Shown here: piece after piece, positions 24,709-37,342 of the stretch | Layout: each line of letters begins with the position of its first letter | Position numbering within the stretch: position 1 is the stretch's first letter | Source: Anthoceros angustus | Lineage: Eukaryota; Plantae; Anthocerotophyta | Length of the DNA: 64,000 nucleotides | Assembly: GCA_010909165.1 (NCBI GenBank) | Contig: VJWM01000323.1 | Coordinates: 5,738-69,737, forward strand | Direction of reading: 5' to 3' | Notes under the pieces: generated by a model | Database searches by the model: none | Seen by the model: only the letters and a program-made list of their open reading frames with translations | Told to the model about the DNA's origin: nothing | Program-made: the position numbers and the translations under genes

Positions 24709-27700
24709 CCCTACTAGAAAGGGCAGCCTATGTTACAGTTGTTGTTGCAATTTTATGTTATACTTCTAACTTGCAACATCATTTGGAGGCTTGGTATTAA
24801 GTTTGTCATTTCTTTCCCCAAGTGGGCCTACAATCTTAACACGAACTCGCTCTCTCTCCTACCACTTCACCCTCTTAACTACATCCCTCTCATATGCATT
24901 GTTTATGAATTCCTCATGCAATTGCAACATGATCAATAAGGACCCTCTCTTCTTCCATTCCCCATCTTTATTACACCCCATTGGGAGTACAATTAGTTAA
25001 GGTTTTTCCTAGCGCTTTCTTTGCACTCTCTTCACAACTATTTGTTAATGGTGCCTGCATCAATATCACAAGAACATGCCCATTAAGTCACCTTTAAAGG
25101 TGACCTAAACATAATATTATTTATATGTCTAAGTTCAGGTCCGAGGCTCACTCTGCTGAGGCAAGGAGGAGAAGGAGGGAGAGGAGGAAGGGAGAGGAGG
25201 TGGAGGAGGAGAGGAGGAGAGGAGGAAGGGAGAGGCAAGGAGGAAATAGGGAGAGGGATCCGAGGTAGAGGAGGAGGAGGAGGAGGAGGAGGAGGAGGAG
25301 GAGGAGAGGCAATGAGGAAAGGGGAGAGGGATCCGAGGTAGAGGAGGAGGAGGAGGAGGAGGAGGAGGAGGAGAGGAGGGCAGAGGGAAGGAGGAGGAGG
25401 GAAAGCGAAAGGAGAGGGGAGATTATAAGGAGGAGGAGGGAAGATGGAAAGAAGAGGAGCAAGAGGAGGGAGAGGGAAGGAAGAGGAGGGGAGGGAGAAG
25501 AGGAGGGTAGATGGAAAGGAGGAGGGAGGGAGAGGGAAAGAAAGAGGCCCGCTCCATGCCGTGGATTTCAAGTAAAGACCCGCAAGTCGTGATTTCTAGT
25601 CTCAATTTTTCACCGATGCGTAACTGTGACATGACGAGGTGACGGATGGTGGCGTATGATCACGTGTACACCCGCAGCATCTTGTACTTCCAATATCGTG
25701 ATTTCCTCTCAAATTTTCAGCGTAATTAGCTAGTGTCATTTGATGTTAGAGAAGGCGATAGGCAAGGAGGAAAAGGGGACGGGATCCGAGGTAGATAAGG
25801 AGGAGGAGGAGGAGGAGCAGGAGAGTCAAGGAGGAGGGAGAGAGGGATCTGAGGAGGAGGAGGAGGAGGAGGAGGAGGAGGAGGAGGAGGAGGAGGAGGA
25901 GGGAGGAGGAGGAGGAGGAGGAGGAGGAGGAGGAGGAGGAGGAGGAGGAGGAGGAGGAGGAGGAGGAGGAGGGAGGAGGAGGAGGAGGAGGAGGAGGAGG
26001 AGGAGGAGGAGGAGGAGGAGGAGGAGGAGGAGGAGGAGGAGGAGGAGGAGAGGAGGAGGAGGAGGAGAGGAGGAGGAGGAGGAGGAGGAGGAGGAGGAGG
26101 AGGAGGAGGAGGAGGAGGAGGAGGAGGAGGAGGAGGAGAGGAGGGAGGAGGAGGAGGAGGAGGAGGAGGAGGAGGAGGAGGAGGAGGAGGAGGAGGAGGA
26201 GAGGAGGAGGAGGAGGAGGAGGAGGAGGAGAGGAGGAGGAGGAGGAGGAGGAGGAGGAGGAGGAGGAGGAGGAGGAGAGGAGGAAATGGAGGAGGAGAGG
26301 AGGAGGAGGAGGAGAGGAGGAGGAGGAGGAGGAGGAGGAAGGAGGGAGAGGGAAGAGGAGGAGGAGGAGGAGAGGCAAGGAGGAAAAGGGGAGAGGAGGA
26401 AGAGGGAGGAGGAGGAGGAGGAAGGAGGGAGGAAGGAGGGAGGAAGGAGGGGAGATGGAAGAAGGAGGAGGAAGGAGGGAGGAAGGAGGGGAGATGGAAG
26501 AAGGAGGAGGAGGGAGGAAGGAGGGAGGAAGGAGGGAGGAAGGAGGGGGGAGATGGAAGAAGGAGGAGGGAGAGGGAAGGAAGAGGAGGAGGCCCGCTCC
26601 ATGCCGTGATTTCAAGTAGAGACCCAATCCATGCCGTGATTTCCAGAGAGACCCATTCCATGCTGTGATTTCCGCTCAATTTTTCAGTTGATGCGTAACC
26701 ACCGTGACATGATGTTGGTGAAGGGATGGTGGCGGGCGGGATCACGTACCCGCGTATCTTGTAGAGCATTGCAAGGTCGTGCCAAGACCTGCTCCAATCG
26801 TGATTTCTCTCAAATTTTCAGGCGTAACTAGCTAGTGCGATTTGATGTTAGAGAAGGCGATAGTAGCATGGCGGGTGTCTCGTGTACATGTACAATCGCA
26901 AGTAGTTGCAAGGTCGCCAAGACCCATTCCATGCTTATTTCTTATCTCAAATTTTCAGCGATGCGTGTACTATGATGTGAAGTTAGGGAAGGCGATGGAA
27001 GAAGGCAGAGGAGGATAGGAGTGGAGCAACCAACAGCAGCCATGGTCGAGGCAAGGGCAAAAAGGCGCAGGACATGAGGCGGTTGTCTAGGGGAGAGAGA
27101 AGGAGGGAGGACTTGAGCCACCATAGCAAACATGGGTCCGCTGTAGCACAAACTCGAGGCACAAAAGGCACCGAGTGCTCAAGGACAAACTAGTAAACGA
27201 CGTGGACGTGTACAAAGTATGTACGTTATCCGTGTGACGTATATGCTTATTTTATATAAAATAGAATATGACCATATATCACAGGAAATTACCATATAGT
27301 ATATGTTACCATGAACAATACGTGTATTTTACAAAGAATGTATTCATACATGTATTTTTATATATGTGTATTCATACGAGTATCGGTGGGAACTACTAAG
27401 TAAAACTAGGTATTCCATAGGGTAATAGTAGTAAAAAGAGGAAGGTAGATGGGGAGGAGGTTCGGTACCAAGCCAACGTAACAAGAGACGATGTAACACT
27501 TTGGTTGTTGCAATTATGTTGAAATTTTGAGAGGGACACAAACCACCTCTCACTACATTGCAACATAATTGCAACAAGACTTACATGACGTAATAAGGTG
27601 GAGGGTTGGTTTCCAAACCTAATCGTAATAAGGGGTCCCAAAAGTGTAACAAGACCCCAAGATTTTAACATAATTGCAACAAAGGGGTCCAAATCTTAAC

Positions 27701-27733
27701 ATAAAGTGTAACATATGCCCTTTTCTAGTAGGG
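24709..27733. mobile_element. Non-autonomous CACTA/CMC-like DNA transposon with CCCTA termini
   Basis: TIRs CCCTACTAGAAAGGGCA / TGCCCTTTTCTAGTAGGG. 3-bp TSD GAT (24706-24708 / 27734-27736). Subterminal TTGCAAC/GTAACA repeats at both ends. No transposase ORF. Confidence 0.88.
25165..26590. repeat. (GAG/CCT)n microsatellite and polypurine tracts
   Basis: Near-pure GAG run at ~25850-26340 plus flanking GA-only tracts; it generates the spurious poly-E/G/R/P/S/L ORFs. Confidence 0.97.
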
Positions 27734-29065
27734 GATTCCGAAGTCTAATAGGTTTTCCACTAGCTCTTTATGTGAGAAGCGCACTCCCCAAACACTTCCA
27801 GAGAGCAGATAAGGTTTGTTCTTCATATCATGCTGGGTAGTGCATAGTTTCTAAGAACCATTCTGCTGAAGGATGCATGACTACCTTGTTTACATGTCCT
27901 GTGCGGAGTGTATATGCATATGTGGCTTCTTAAAAAGGTAGGCCATCGGCAGGCTTGCGTCTCAGTTGTCGTAGAGGTGTGGCAATCTAGATACCAGCGT
28001 GCAATAGTCACACAGGTTGCAGCTAGGAGGAAACGTGCTTCCATTGTATTGGGGGCCAGCACCCTTTCGATTACATGGGACGGGGCGCGGCGGGCCGCGC
28101 CTGCGGGGAACCTTTGGCCGGCAAAGCTTTCATTATGTCGGTCCAGGAGGGCCCGGCATGCCTAACTTAGGCGTTCACCCATGTTCATGTTATAATTACA
28201 CTGGTTGTGCAATAATACCGTCTGATTTAATACTCGTCTGATCTCCATTTATGCGAGAGGTTTCTGAAGGAGCATTGGCATCACAGTGCGACTAAGCAAT
28301 GAGAGAGACAAAGCAGCAAAACATCGGTCCAAAAGTTATAAATCAAGTATATGCAACTTGCTATCGATGGCATGGACCGAGAAGAGAGCTCCCTCATTTC
28401 CTCCGATATCCCAAAGAGTTGGCGGAGGCATCACTTATTAATGTTCATGTGGTGGGATGTATGATACATAATTGCACTTTCAAGGCGAGGGCATATTTAC
28501 ACTACGCTAATGCATAACGACGCCAATCTCACTATCCATATAATTCGTGATGTCATATTTTCTTATGAAGGGTGCTTCCTAAAAGTTCTTTACCTCCACC
28601 GGATAATACTTGCCGTGAGAACAAGAACCAGCCTACTATTCGCATTCTAAATATGCTCATCGACCTTCGTGTGTTCGTTAAAATAAAGGTTGGGTTCCTA
28701 TTGGTTAGTCATACCCATGATCAAAGTTGATCAAATGTTTTCTGCTTCTAGGCACAAAGAAGCTTACTATACACTTTCGAGATCTCTACAGTGGGCTTTC
28801 ACCCCAACGCCCGGGTTAAAGTAATAATAGAGGTGGTAGATTTTCGGTCTTATGTATGGCCCATTAAGAAGGGGACGAGAGGATATGCATACAAGGCGCC
28901 GGGAATAATAACTGCCCTTCCAACATCAATTTAAAATCATGAGAGAGGAACGGCGGGACCGAGGTCAAGTTACGGTCATCCGAAGTAAGCAGTACTCAAC
29001 CTCCCCTCAATGGGAATCAAAAGATGGTTTGGAATTTTTGAAATTTGTTCCAACAACCACCGTAC

Positions 29066-29286
29066 TGAAGAGAATTGAGGACTTGCTCAAAGGATCTTAT
29101 ACATTGATTATGATAATAGAAAGTACATTGAGTTTATATGAAGTAGGTGGTTATAGGTTGTTGTAACCAATTAACCATAAATAACTAAAGCAACTACTTC
29201 TAACCCTAAGAATTAATTAATTATTAATTCTAGGGATTTATAGGAGCCCTAATGAATAGTGCCCTAATATGCAAGGTATTTCATCA
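29066..29286 (-). repeat. Copia 2 3' LTR (~221 bp)
   Basis: Minus strand reads TGATGAAATAC...TTCTCTTCA straight after the PPT. An internal segment is duplicated at 41112-41206 and diverged at 53508-53660. Confidence 0.8.
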
Positions 29287-32200
29287 CTCCCACTCACTAT
29301 GAAATAGGGGTAAAAACTAGCTATCCAATGAGCTAAGTAGCTAAGGAGAACTCCCACTTATTGAAAAATAGGAGCCTAAAAAGTTGAAATGAAAACTTGA
29401 ATTGAAAAATACATTTCATTGTTATTGTCTCCATAATAAAGTTGAAATAGCTAGCCTTGATAACGGGCTGTAAATATGGCATAAGAAATATATCACTGAA
29501 AAAATATGGTCTTCAATTCAATAAGTAAAAGGGTAAGGCCATATTTCCCTCCAACCACTAAAAACGGGTGTACAGGAAACCCGTCTCCATCCACAAGTTG
29601 CTTCATTCTGACAAGGGCAAGCAAGAGCTATGGCGAGGTTGAAAATGCCTAGAGGAAGCATATGCGAACAAACAGCGCGGGCGCCATGACTGAGAGTAGG
29701 AGGGCATCACTTGCCTACAGGGACTCTCGCGGCCGATTTGCAGGAGTCCCTGTCAACAGAAAACGGCCTCCAAAGGCCCATCATGCACAAACAACTCCGT
29801 CTTCACGAAGGCCGAAAATCCAACATACCTCTCGGCGTCCACGAGGAAACCATCAGCAAACAACAAGCTTGATCATCTTGTCTTCTTCAGATGACGAAAA
29901 CGGAGAAGAGGAAGAAGAAGATTGGAGCCATGCCTCTAGAGAAGACAGAAAAGGTGAGATACCTCCTTTCTTCCCTTCTTATTGTGCTTGTGGAAAAGCC
30001 GTAGGACACATGCTCCATGCTCCTTGGTACTTGTGGCACCACCCTCCTGCTAACCAACCAAGTGTGGACGATGAAGGTGAAAACCCATGTTTGCAGATGC
30101 CACACGACACCACCCACGATACGGATCTGTAGGGTCCTCCTTGGGGTTGTGTGCATGCCTCGAGGCTGGGATGGCTACCAAAACAAAGAGGAACACTCCC
30201 CCAAAATTGCTAGTGACCCAGGTGAGATGCGGCGCCGGGCCATATGTGGAGGAGGAGGCGCTGCAGATCGCAGCATCGCTTGCTAGCAGCCCATAAGCAC
30301 GCCTTGGGGCTGTCACATCTTGAATGTATTGGAAGCTGACAGACACGCTCCTCTCTTGGTGGAGTCTTCCTTCTTACATCCTACAGATGGCACATGGACG
30401 CCTCTCCTCCACAAACTGTTCTTGAGAAGAAGGCTTGGATTGGAATATCTTGTGCTCGAGATGGTTGCAGCGGGCTGACGTGATTCCTTGTGAAGCTGAT
30501 TATTACATCTGTAGATAAGATTACACATCCAAGTTGTATGTGGCTAAGGTGTCTTGGATCTTTGGCATGTGCAGAGGCTAGAGATAAGGATAAGGGAAAA
30601 GCTGACTGACAAAGACACAAGTATGTATTTTCCTTTGTCATTCGGTGAGGATCCCTTAGAGTATTTCGTGGCTGATATAAGAAAATAGCTAACGAAATTT
30701 CTACTTGCATAAATTGGATGCTTCTCAAAAATGTAACAGGAGAAATGCTAATATCCCAACATGCGAACGTGGCTACTATAAACCAGGCTTGTTGCCCCTA
30801 GGGACTATGAAAAGAAAGTCTATGTTGTTACCCTAGGGAAGGAAACTAGTCGAGGTGATGCCATGAGCCTATGTCCGTGAGGAAACATGGATCCATATGA
30901 TGAAGATAGCTCTACCATGTGAGGAATTTCGGGCACATGAAACACGTGTTTCGTAAGTGCCTTTGGTGTTAATCCCATTATATATAACTTTATTATATTA
31001 AATATATAATACTTTATTATATTAATATTAATATATGCTAAAACTACAAGGGCATTTTGCAGGATGTGTGTGGACAATTAATGATGAGGCGAAAAGGATG
31101 ACAACTCCTATTTGAAATAGAAGAGGAAATTTATGAAGAGGAAATAAACTTAAGTATTTCGGGCTGTAATTATGAAATTAACTTAATTCCGCCCACTAGC
31201 TGCTAAGTGTGAGATTAGGGTAGGGTTTGGACACCAAGTCCATAATACCTAGACACTTCATGTGTTTCCTATGCAACTCACGACCTAATGATTTTGTTAA
31301 CAAATCAGCAGCATTATCTTTGGTTTGAATATAACTTATGTCTATTGTATTATCTTCTAACTTCTCTCTTATAAAATGATACTCAACTCCTACATGTTTT
31401 GTTCTAGAGTGAAAAACAGGGTTTCTAGCTAAGGCAATGGCACCCTGACTATCACTAAACAAAATTGTAGGCTTAAGTTGAAAATGTTGGAGTTCGCCTA
31501 AAATTAATCGACTCCACACTATATCCTTTGGGGTTAATATACGATTACTAGATAGAGACAGCGGTAGGTTGTTTCTTACTTGACAGGATATGGGAGCTCC
31601 TCCTAAAAGTAATACATAACTTTGATCGGTTGCGTGAGTCGGGATCACCCGACATAGTCGACATCGCATAAGCTGTTAATATTAACTTCTCGATGCGGTG
31701 TATGCTTGAACATTAGTCCTGCTTGCATAGTCCTTCAAATATCAAGATGATCGCTTCGATGTCCAATGCGTCGGATTCCAAAAATTGAGGCGAGCTTACT
31801 TCAAAAGCAATATCGGTCTAGTAAAATTACTCAAATATAAATTGCCAACAACATGTCGATATGGAACGACATCTCTAACTTCTCTTCGGCTGTCTTAGGA
31901 CTCATATCAGAAGTAAGCCTAACTCCACTAGCAAAAGGTGTAGAAGCCGGCTTAGCATCCTCAAGACCAAACTTAATTAAGCATTCTTTAATGTACTTAG
32001 TTTGTACAATACTTAAAGTCTTATCATTACGATCTCTAATGATATTAACTTCTAGTGCATATGTCATCTCTCCTAAGTCAGACATCTCAAACAAAGTCCT
32101 CAACCAGGTCTTTGTTTCTGCTAGGAGTGTAGGAGAAGATGTGGCCATAAAAACATCATCAACATATAATAGGAGATAAAATATACCATATATATATTTA

Positions 32201-32638
32201 CCAGATATATAGTTAAGTTTGGTCTTGAGGATAACTATATCTATATATAACTATATAGATAAAATATATCTTAACTATATCTATATATAACTATATAGAT
32301 AAAATAGTTAAGTTTGGTCTTGAGGATGCTAAGCCGGCTTAAGTTTGAGATTAGTTATATCTTTACCAGATATAAGACTATATAAACAAGCGTCACCTTG
32401 ACTCTGTTTAAATCCTCTGCCGACAAGTTGCACATGAATAGTTAAGTTCCAATTCTTGCCTGATTGCTTGAGGCCATAAAGGCCTTTAATAAGTCGGCAT
32501 ACCCAATCCTCTTTGCCTTTAACTTCGTAACCCTCAGGTTGTCTCATGTATATTTCTTCTTTCAAGCGCCCATATAAATTTGCCGTCTTTACATCCATCA
32601 TATGGAGTTCAAGATCAAATTGGGTAGCTAAAGCAAAT

Positions 32639-35600
32639 TGTGGTAGGGAAAACCCCGGGGCTTCCGAGATCCTCCCACTCTAGCGGCCACACTTATCCCT
32701 TTAACCCGTCGTTGGGTTTCGTCCCATGAGACTTGTGTGAAAGTTCGAGGCCTTGCGATGCCGATCGCTACTGCGAGACACAACTTCTCAGCCTTCTAAG
32801 AGCAAGGCGCCTCTACTCACCCCTCTTCTGGCCGGTGCACCACTTTGCTTGAAAAATCACCAATCCTCGACCTACAGCGACCTGCAATTACGGTCACGCC
32901 TTAGCGGCGAGCCTATCACGGGCGCCAGGACCCCCCGATCCACACATTTCGTCCCTACTTCTAAGACCACTCTTCTCCACTCGGGGCGCTCTTTTACTTG
33001 CAGTTGGGATTCGTCCCTTAGGCTCTGCACTGTGGCCTTCACTAACCTACCTCTAATCTACTCATCTCCTCATCCTCTTCCTCCTATTCTAACCTCGATT
33101 CGGGCTTCTTGGTTTGACTCGCCCTTGCACGCACGGGTCGGCCTCCACCAAGTTCTTCCTTGGGCGGTTGCTATGAGTTTGACACGGTGAGAACCTCCGA
33201 GTCTTTCCTGTAGTCTACCCTCAAGCCGAGTTCCACAGGCATTGCCACACACCCAAAGCAAAGCAATTTCAGCAACCATTCACAAGCAACTCGTTTAGGC
33301 ACTTGTGAGCAAGTCCTCCACCAAGCACTCCACAGCGACTTCCTCTCTACGGTGTGCGTTGGCTCACGGTCCTCTGTAATGGCAAAGGACTCGATGAGTG
33401 TGGGCGCAAGGCGTGATACTTTACTTTGTGAAATCCTCCTCCTCTTATAGGAGGCCTTCATACAACCTCCCTTAGGTGCTGCGGTCACCTTTTCCAATTT
33501 CTATTATTTCCTACCTTGACATTTAAGGCTGCATCTAAATCTATTTATCGATTGGTAAATTCTATTCTACCTAGGATCATCCTTAAAGGATGTCAGCTTA
33601 CGTCACCTGTCCTTTCTATTCTTCTATCTAGCATTTATGGTCTTTGACCATATCTAGTCTTCACCTTGCTGGGACAGGGACGCGTCGTTGTGGATTGGCT
33701 CCCTCGCCCTCCTTTTGCTCTTGCCCCTTCCCAGCCCTTGTCATCTTCCTAATGTGTGGGGCAAGTACAATCTTGCCCCTTCCTCCCTCTCCGAGGGGCG
33801 GCGCTCTGATTCCTCCATCATCCAGCAATCGCGCCCCCCTCCGCGCGCTCAGGCGCCTTTTTCTCCTTCTTCTTCCCCTTCGGTTATGGTCCCTGGGGTT
33901 GAGATCCTTTTTGCTCCTTTCCTGTTGTTTGATTTGTCCATGCCTATCATGGAGCATCTTCAAAGTTCCTCCCCATTCTTGTGATGTTGTTTCACTAATC
34001 CTCGGGTCGTTGTCTCCTCTCACAGCGGCCTTCTCTTGCTCGTGGGGTGAGGAACTTCTCACCCTCCTTCTTCCTTTGGTGGATCTCCTCCTCCTCGGTG
34101 GGGTTGTCTCCCCACCTCCTCTTGTTCAGGACCCCGGCTCCTTCATTCACGGGAGGGCTCAACAGTCCCGCGCTTGCCTACCGGTGGGACTGGCGTGTGT
34201 CTACGGTGGTCTGGCTACTCTGGTGTGGTGGGTGACCCCAGGAGGTGGGCTGTCCCCCTCCTTGCTCTCTGCGCCATCTTCCTCTCGGCGGCGGCTCTCC
34301 TTCCCTGACTCCCAGTTCCTCGGAGTCCATGTCACTTGATGGCCTCATCAAAATCGGAGGCCTCATGCACTTGCAGCTCCTTATCATCATCATGAGGACC
34401 CAATGTCCTCCTCTTGGCCAAGCAAGATCTCATTGTTGGCCTTCAAAATCTATTGTGAGTGAGCCCCAAGCTATGATATTGCATTTGGAGATCATCAATC
34501 TCCATAGGCCACTCTCCATCCTCACACCTACTGTAGGCGTCTCGCGGTGGTCAATTCTCCCACCTTGACATGGAGGTTACATTCTCCTCCTTGCTTCCTT
34601 TAATTTGGTGGCCAATTTTTTGAAGGGCATAATCAAAATCCTCTTCCTCACCACCGGCATCCATGTACCACTTTCTTGTGGTACTCCTCTTCTTGGAACC
34701 TCCTTTGTTCCTTCGCCATTGAGCAAGTCTCTCCTTCTCCACCACTCACTTCTCGCTCTAGCTCTCACTCTTGATCTTGAGCCTTTAGCTCCAGCCTTCT
34801 CTTCCAAATTGAAGGGTCCTTCTTCCTCTTCCATGTCCGGATCTTGATGGCTTGCGTAGCCATCACACTGCTCTTGTCCATTTCTTCTTCTCCTTCCCCT
34901 CCGTTTTGCCCTTTTGCTCTTGCTCTAATTGGGCAAAATGCTCCTCGCCTTACATCTCCATGAGTCCTTTGGGTTGTCGAATGGCTCTCTCTCTTGTGAC
35001 AACCTTCCCTCCGGGACTTTCTCCGCCGTTGATCCACAAGGTCGCGTTGAGCTTCTGACCTTCTCCAACTTGGCTGCCTTCGTCGGACTCCATGGCTCCA
35101 ATTGCCACTTGGTCCTGCTTTCCTCCGGCCATGTCTTGGGCTTTCACTTCCTCTTGGCATGCCCACAAGGGGCTCCTAGCCCCTTCAAATCCACATGGTG
35201 AGTGCTTCACAAGCACTCGGCAATTCTCTAAGGGCCCAATTCCCTTTGTTCTTGAAATCTCCAGCTCTCCCTTGCTCGGGCCATCACAGCGGTCCCTCAC
35301 AGTCGCTCCATCCGCCTTCCTCCAAGCGGGTGGTGGCCTGGCGCCCGCCAGCTCGTGTTTTCTCCTTCCTTCCCACCGTGGCTGCACCTTCTGTGGGGTG
35401 CTGCCTACAGCGGTGGTGCTCCCGCGTGCTCCCCTACCACTGATACCATGGTGGGCGCCCCTGATGGTGCCCACCCTCTTGGGTGGGGCCTCCCCTCTGG
35501 GGTAGGCTGGGGTGCCTCTTCCCTAGGCACAAATGAGATGGTGGGGACTCCCCACCCTTGGTGTAGTCCTCCTCTCATAGACTACCATTCGGCCCTCGGC

Positions 35601-37342
35601 GGTTCTGCCTCCTCCTCCTTGCTTGTGGGGAAAAGCCCCACTCCGGCAACCTTGCCTCCTCTTCCCTCCTTGCTCTCATGCTTGTGGAGTCGACCTCCCA
35701 TGTCTTCCTCAATGCAAAAGGCAAGGCCTTTCCAAACTTGGCTGGAGATGGATGACTCAAAGGATGCCACATCTTCCAACTCCTTGCTTGTGAGAAGTCC
35801 TCCACAAATGCACCAAATAGGTGCTAAGGTAAGGCCTTGGCCCTTCCTCATCCACAATTTGGCTTGAGGAGCTTCTCCCGGTGGTGGATGTAGGCCTCAT
35901 ACATGATGGTGCCCAATCGGCTTGGCTCCTCTCGAAATCTTCCACAAAATTGGAGGAAGTTGGTCTTTGAAATAAAGTCCTTTGGTAATTTACCAACCCC
36001 GGCACAATCTTTGAAAACCTCCACTTGACTCCTTGATGCTCTCTTTTCCGGCCATTCTTGGCATGGGCCTTCACTCCATCCATCATGTCGAGGAGCTCTG
36101 CGGAATTCGGAGAGGGTCCTCTTCCTCCATTCGACCTTTCGAGGAGAGCAATTCGAGCTCTCCTCCTCCGGTCCCATACACTGTCGATACTGCCGGTCCA
36201 GCGAGGATCCGTTCGAGCATTCCTTCCTCGGCGGCTGCCTCGATTGATGGAGATTGATGAACACTCCTCAATCAATTCCAAATTGGTGTGCGGCCATACA
36301 CCCATCAATTGGATGTTATCCTCCTCGGCTGAAATCACCAATCTCGGGGTTGGTGTGCAAAGCGTAAATTGGGGCATCACTCGCCTCTCCCCGGCGGCGC
36401 GGCTGCTGCCGCCCTTCCTCCTTGAGGAGGCCTTTGGCGGCTCCTTCCCTTGCCTTTCCTCTCGAGGCATGGCGCCTTCTGTTCCTGTGGAAGAGATTAT
36501 CTCGATTCAGCACAAGCACCTCCCAAGCTTCTCCTTCTCAGTGTTGGGCCTGAAACACCGGCAAGGTTAGTGCTTGAGCTCCTTTTCTGCTTTCCTCTCT
36601 TCCTTCTTTCAAAGTGCCGGATAGCGCTCTTCCCTGGTCACGCGCGTCACTCTTGGTGCTCCAACTTTTCGCTCTCTTCCTTTTCCGGCGGTGCTTTTCC
36701 GCTCCACTGGCGGCCTCTTCTCACCTCTTCTCCTCTTCTTCTTCCAATCGCTTTCAGCTGTTCCTTCCTTCCTTTCTCTCCCGTCTTCTTCGCTCGCCTT
36801 CCTTCCCTGGCGGCGGCGATGGCTTCCTTCTCTCCTTCTTGCGTTTACGCTCCGACTCAGTCGCGGTAAGTTGTCTCGATTCGAAGTGGAAAGTTGGCCA
36901 GCACTTTGCCCTCCAGATATACGCCACACGGAGGTTTCTCAACCCTAGATTTGTTCATCATTCCAAAATCCTAATTCCTACTTTTCTATTACCTTCTTCT
37001 AATTAATCTATATATTTATTCCCCTATTGGTGAGCATATATAGTGGATATCTCTATATCTAAATTTCCTTTTTAGGCGAGTGCACTTACCGATGATGCTC
37101 TCTTTCTCGGCCTACGGTGTAGTGTGGCCTCGGTGATGAGTACGCCCTACCAACCTTTCGACGCCCTCCGCCTCGTCAAGTCGTTTGACCCGTTCTTCTT
37201 CTGGGATATCCTCTTCGCTTCCTAACAATATTTTACAACTCCGGCTTCAAGATTCTGAAATTTTCATGCTCCTCTTCAATCGTTCCTAGAAAAAATCAAA
37301 CTTGTCTCTGGCTCTTTTAGTTGCCCAAACTTTTCGTTCACA
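32639..37342 (-). mobile_element. Giant (~4.70 kb) solo-LTR-like insertion, family A, inside Copia 2 RT
   Basis: TGTGGTAGGGAAAACCCCGGGG ... GCCCAAACTTTTCGTTCACA. Perfect TSD CAAAT (32634-32638 / 37343-37347). Colinear with 11105-15887. Confidence 0.9.

Noticed and set aside
25726-26769. Long ORFs of 258-347 aa with poly-P/S/L/E/G/R
   Set aside because: Artefacts of the stop-free (GAG)n microsatellite inside a non-autonomous transposon.
28082-28105. GC hairpin GGCGCGG-CGGG-CCGCGCC as a Helitron 3' end or terminator
   Set aside because: No CTRR terminus at the expected distance on either strand and no U-tract; no Helitron features nearby.
29203-29236. AT-rich near-palindrome CCCTAAGAATTAAT..ATTAATTCTAGGG as a MITE
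   Set aside because: An internal part of the Copia 2 LTR (also at 41172-41203) with no independent TSD.
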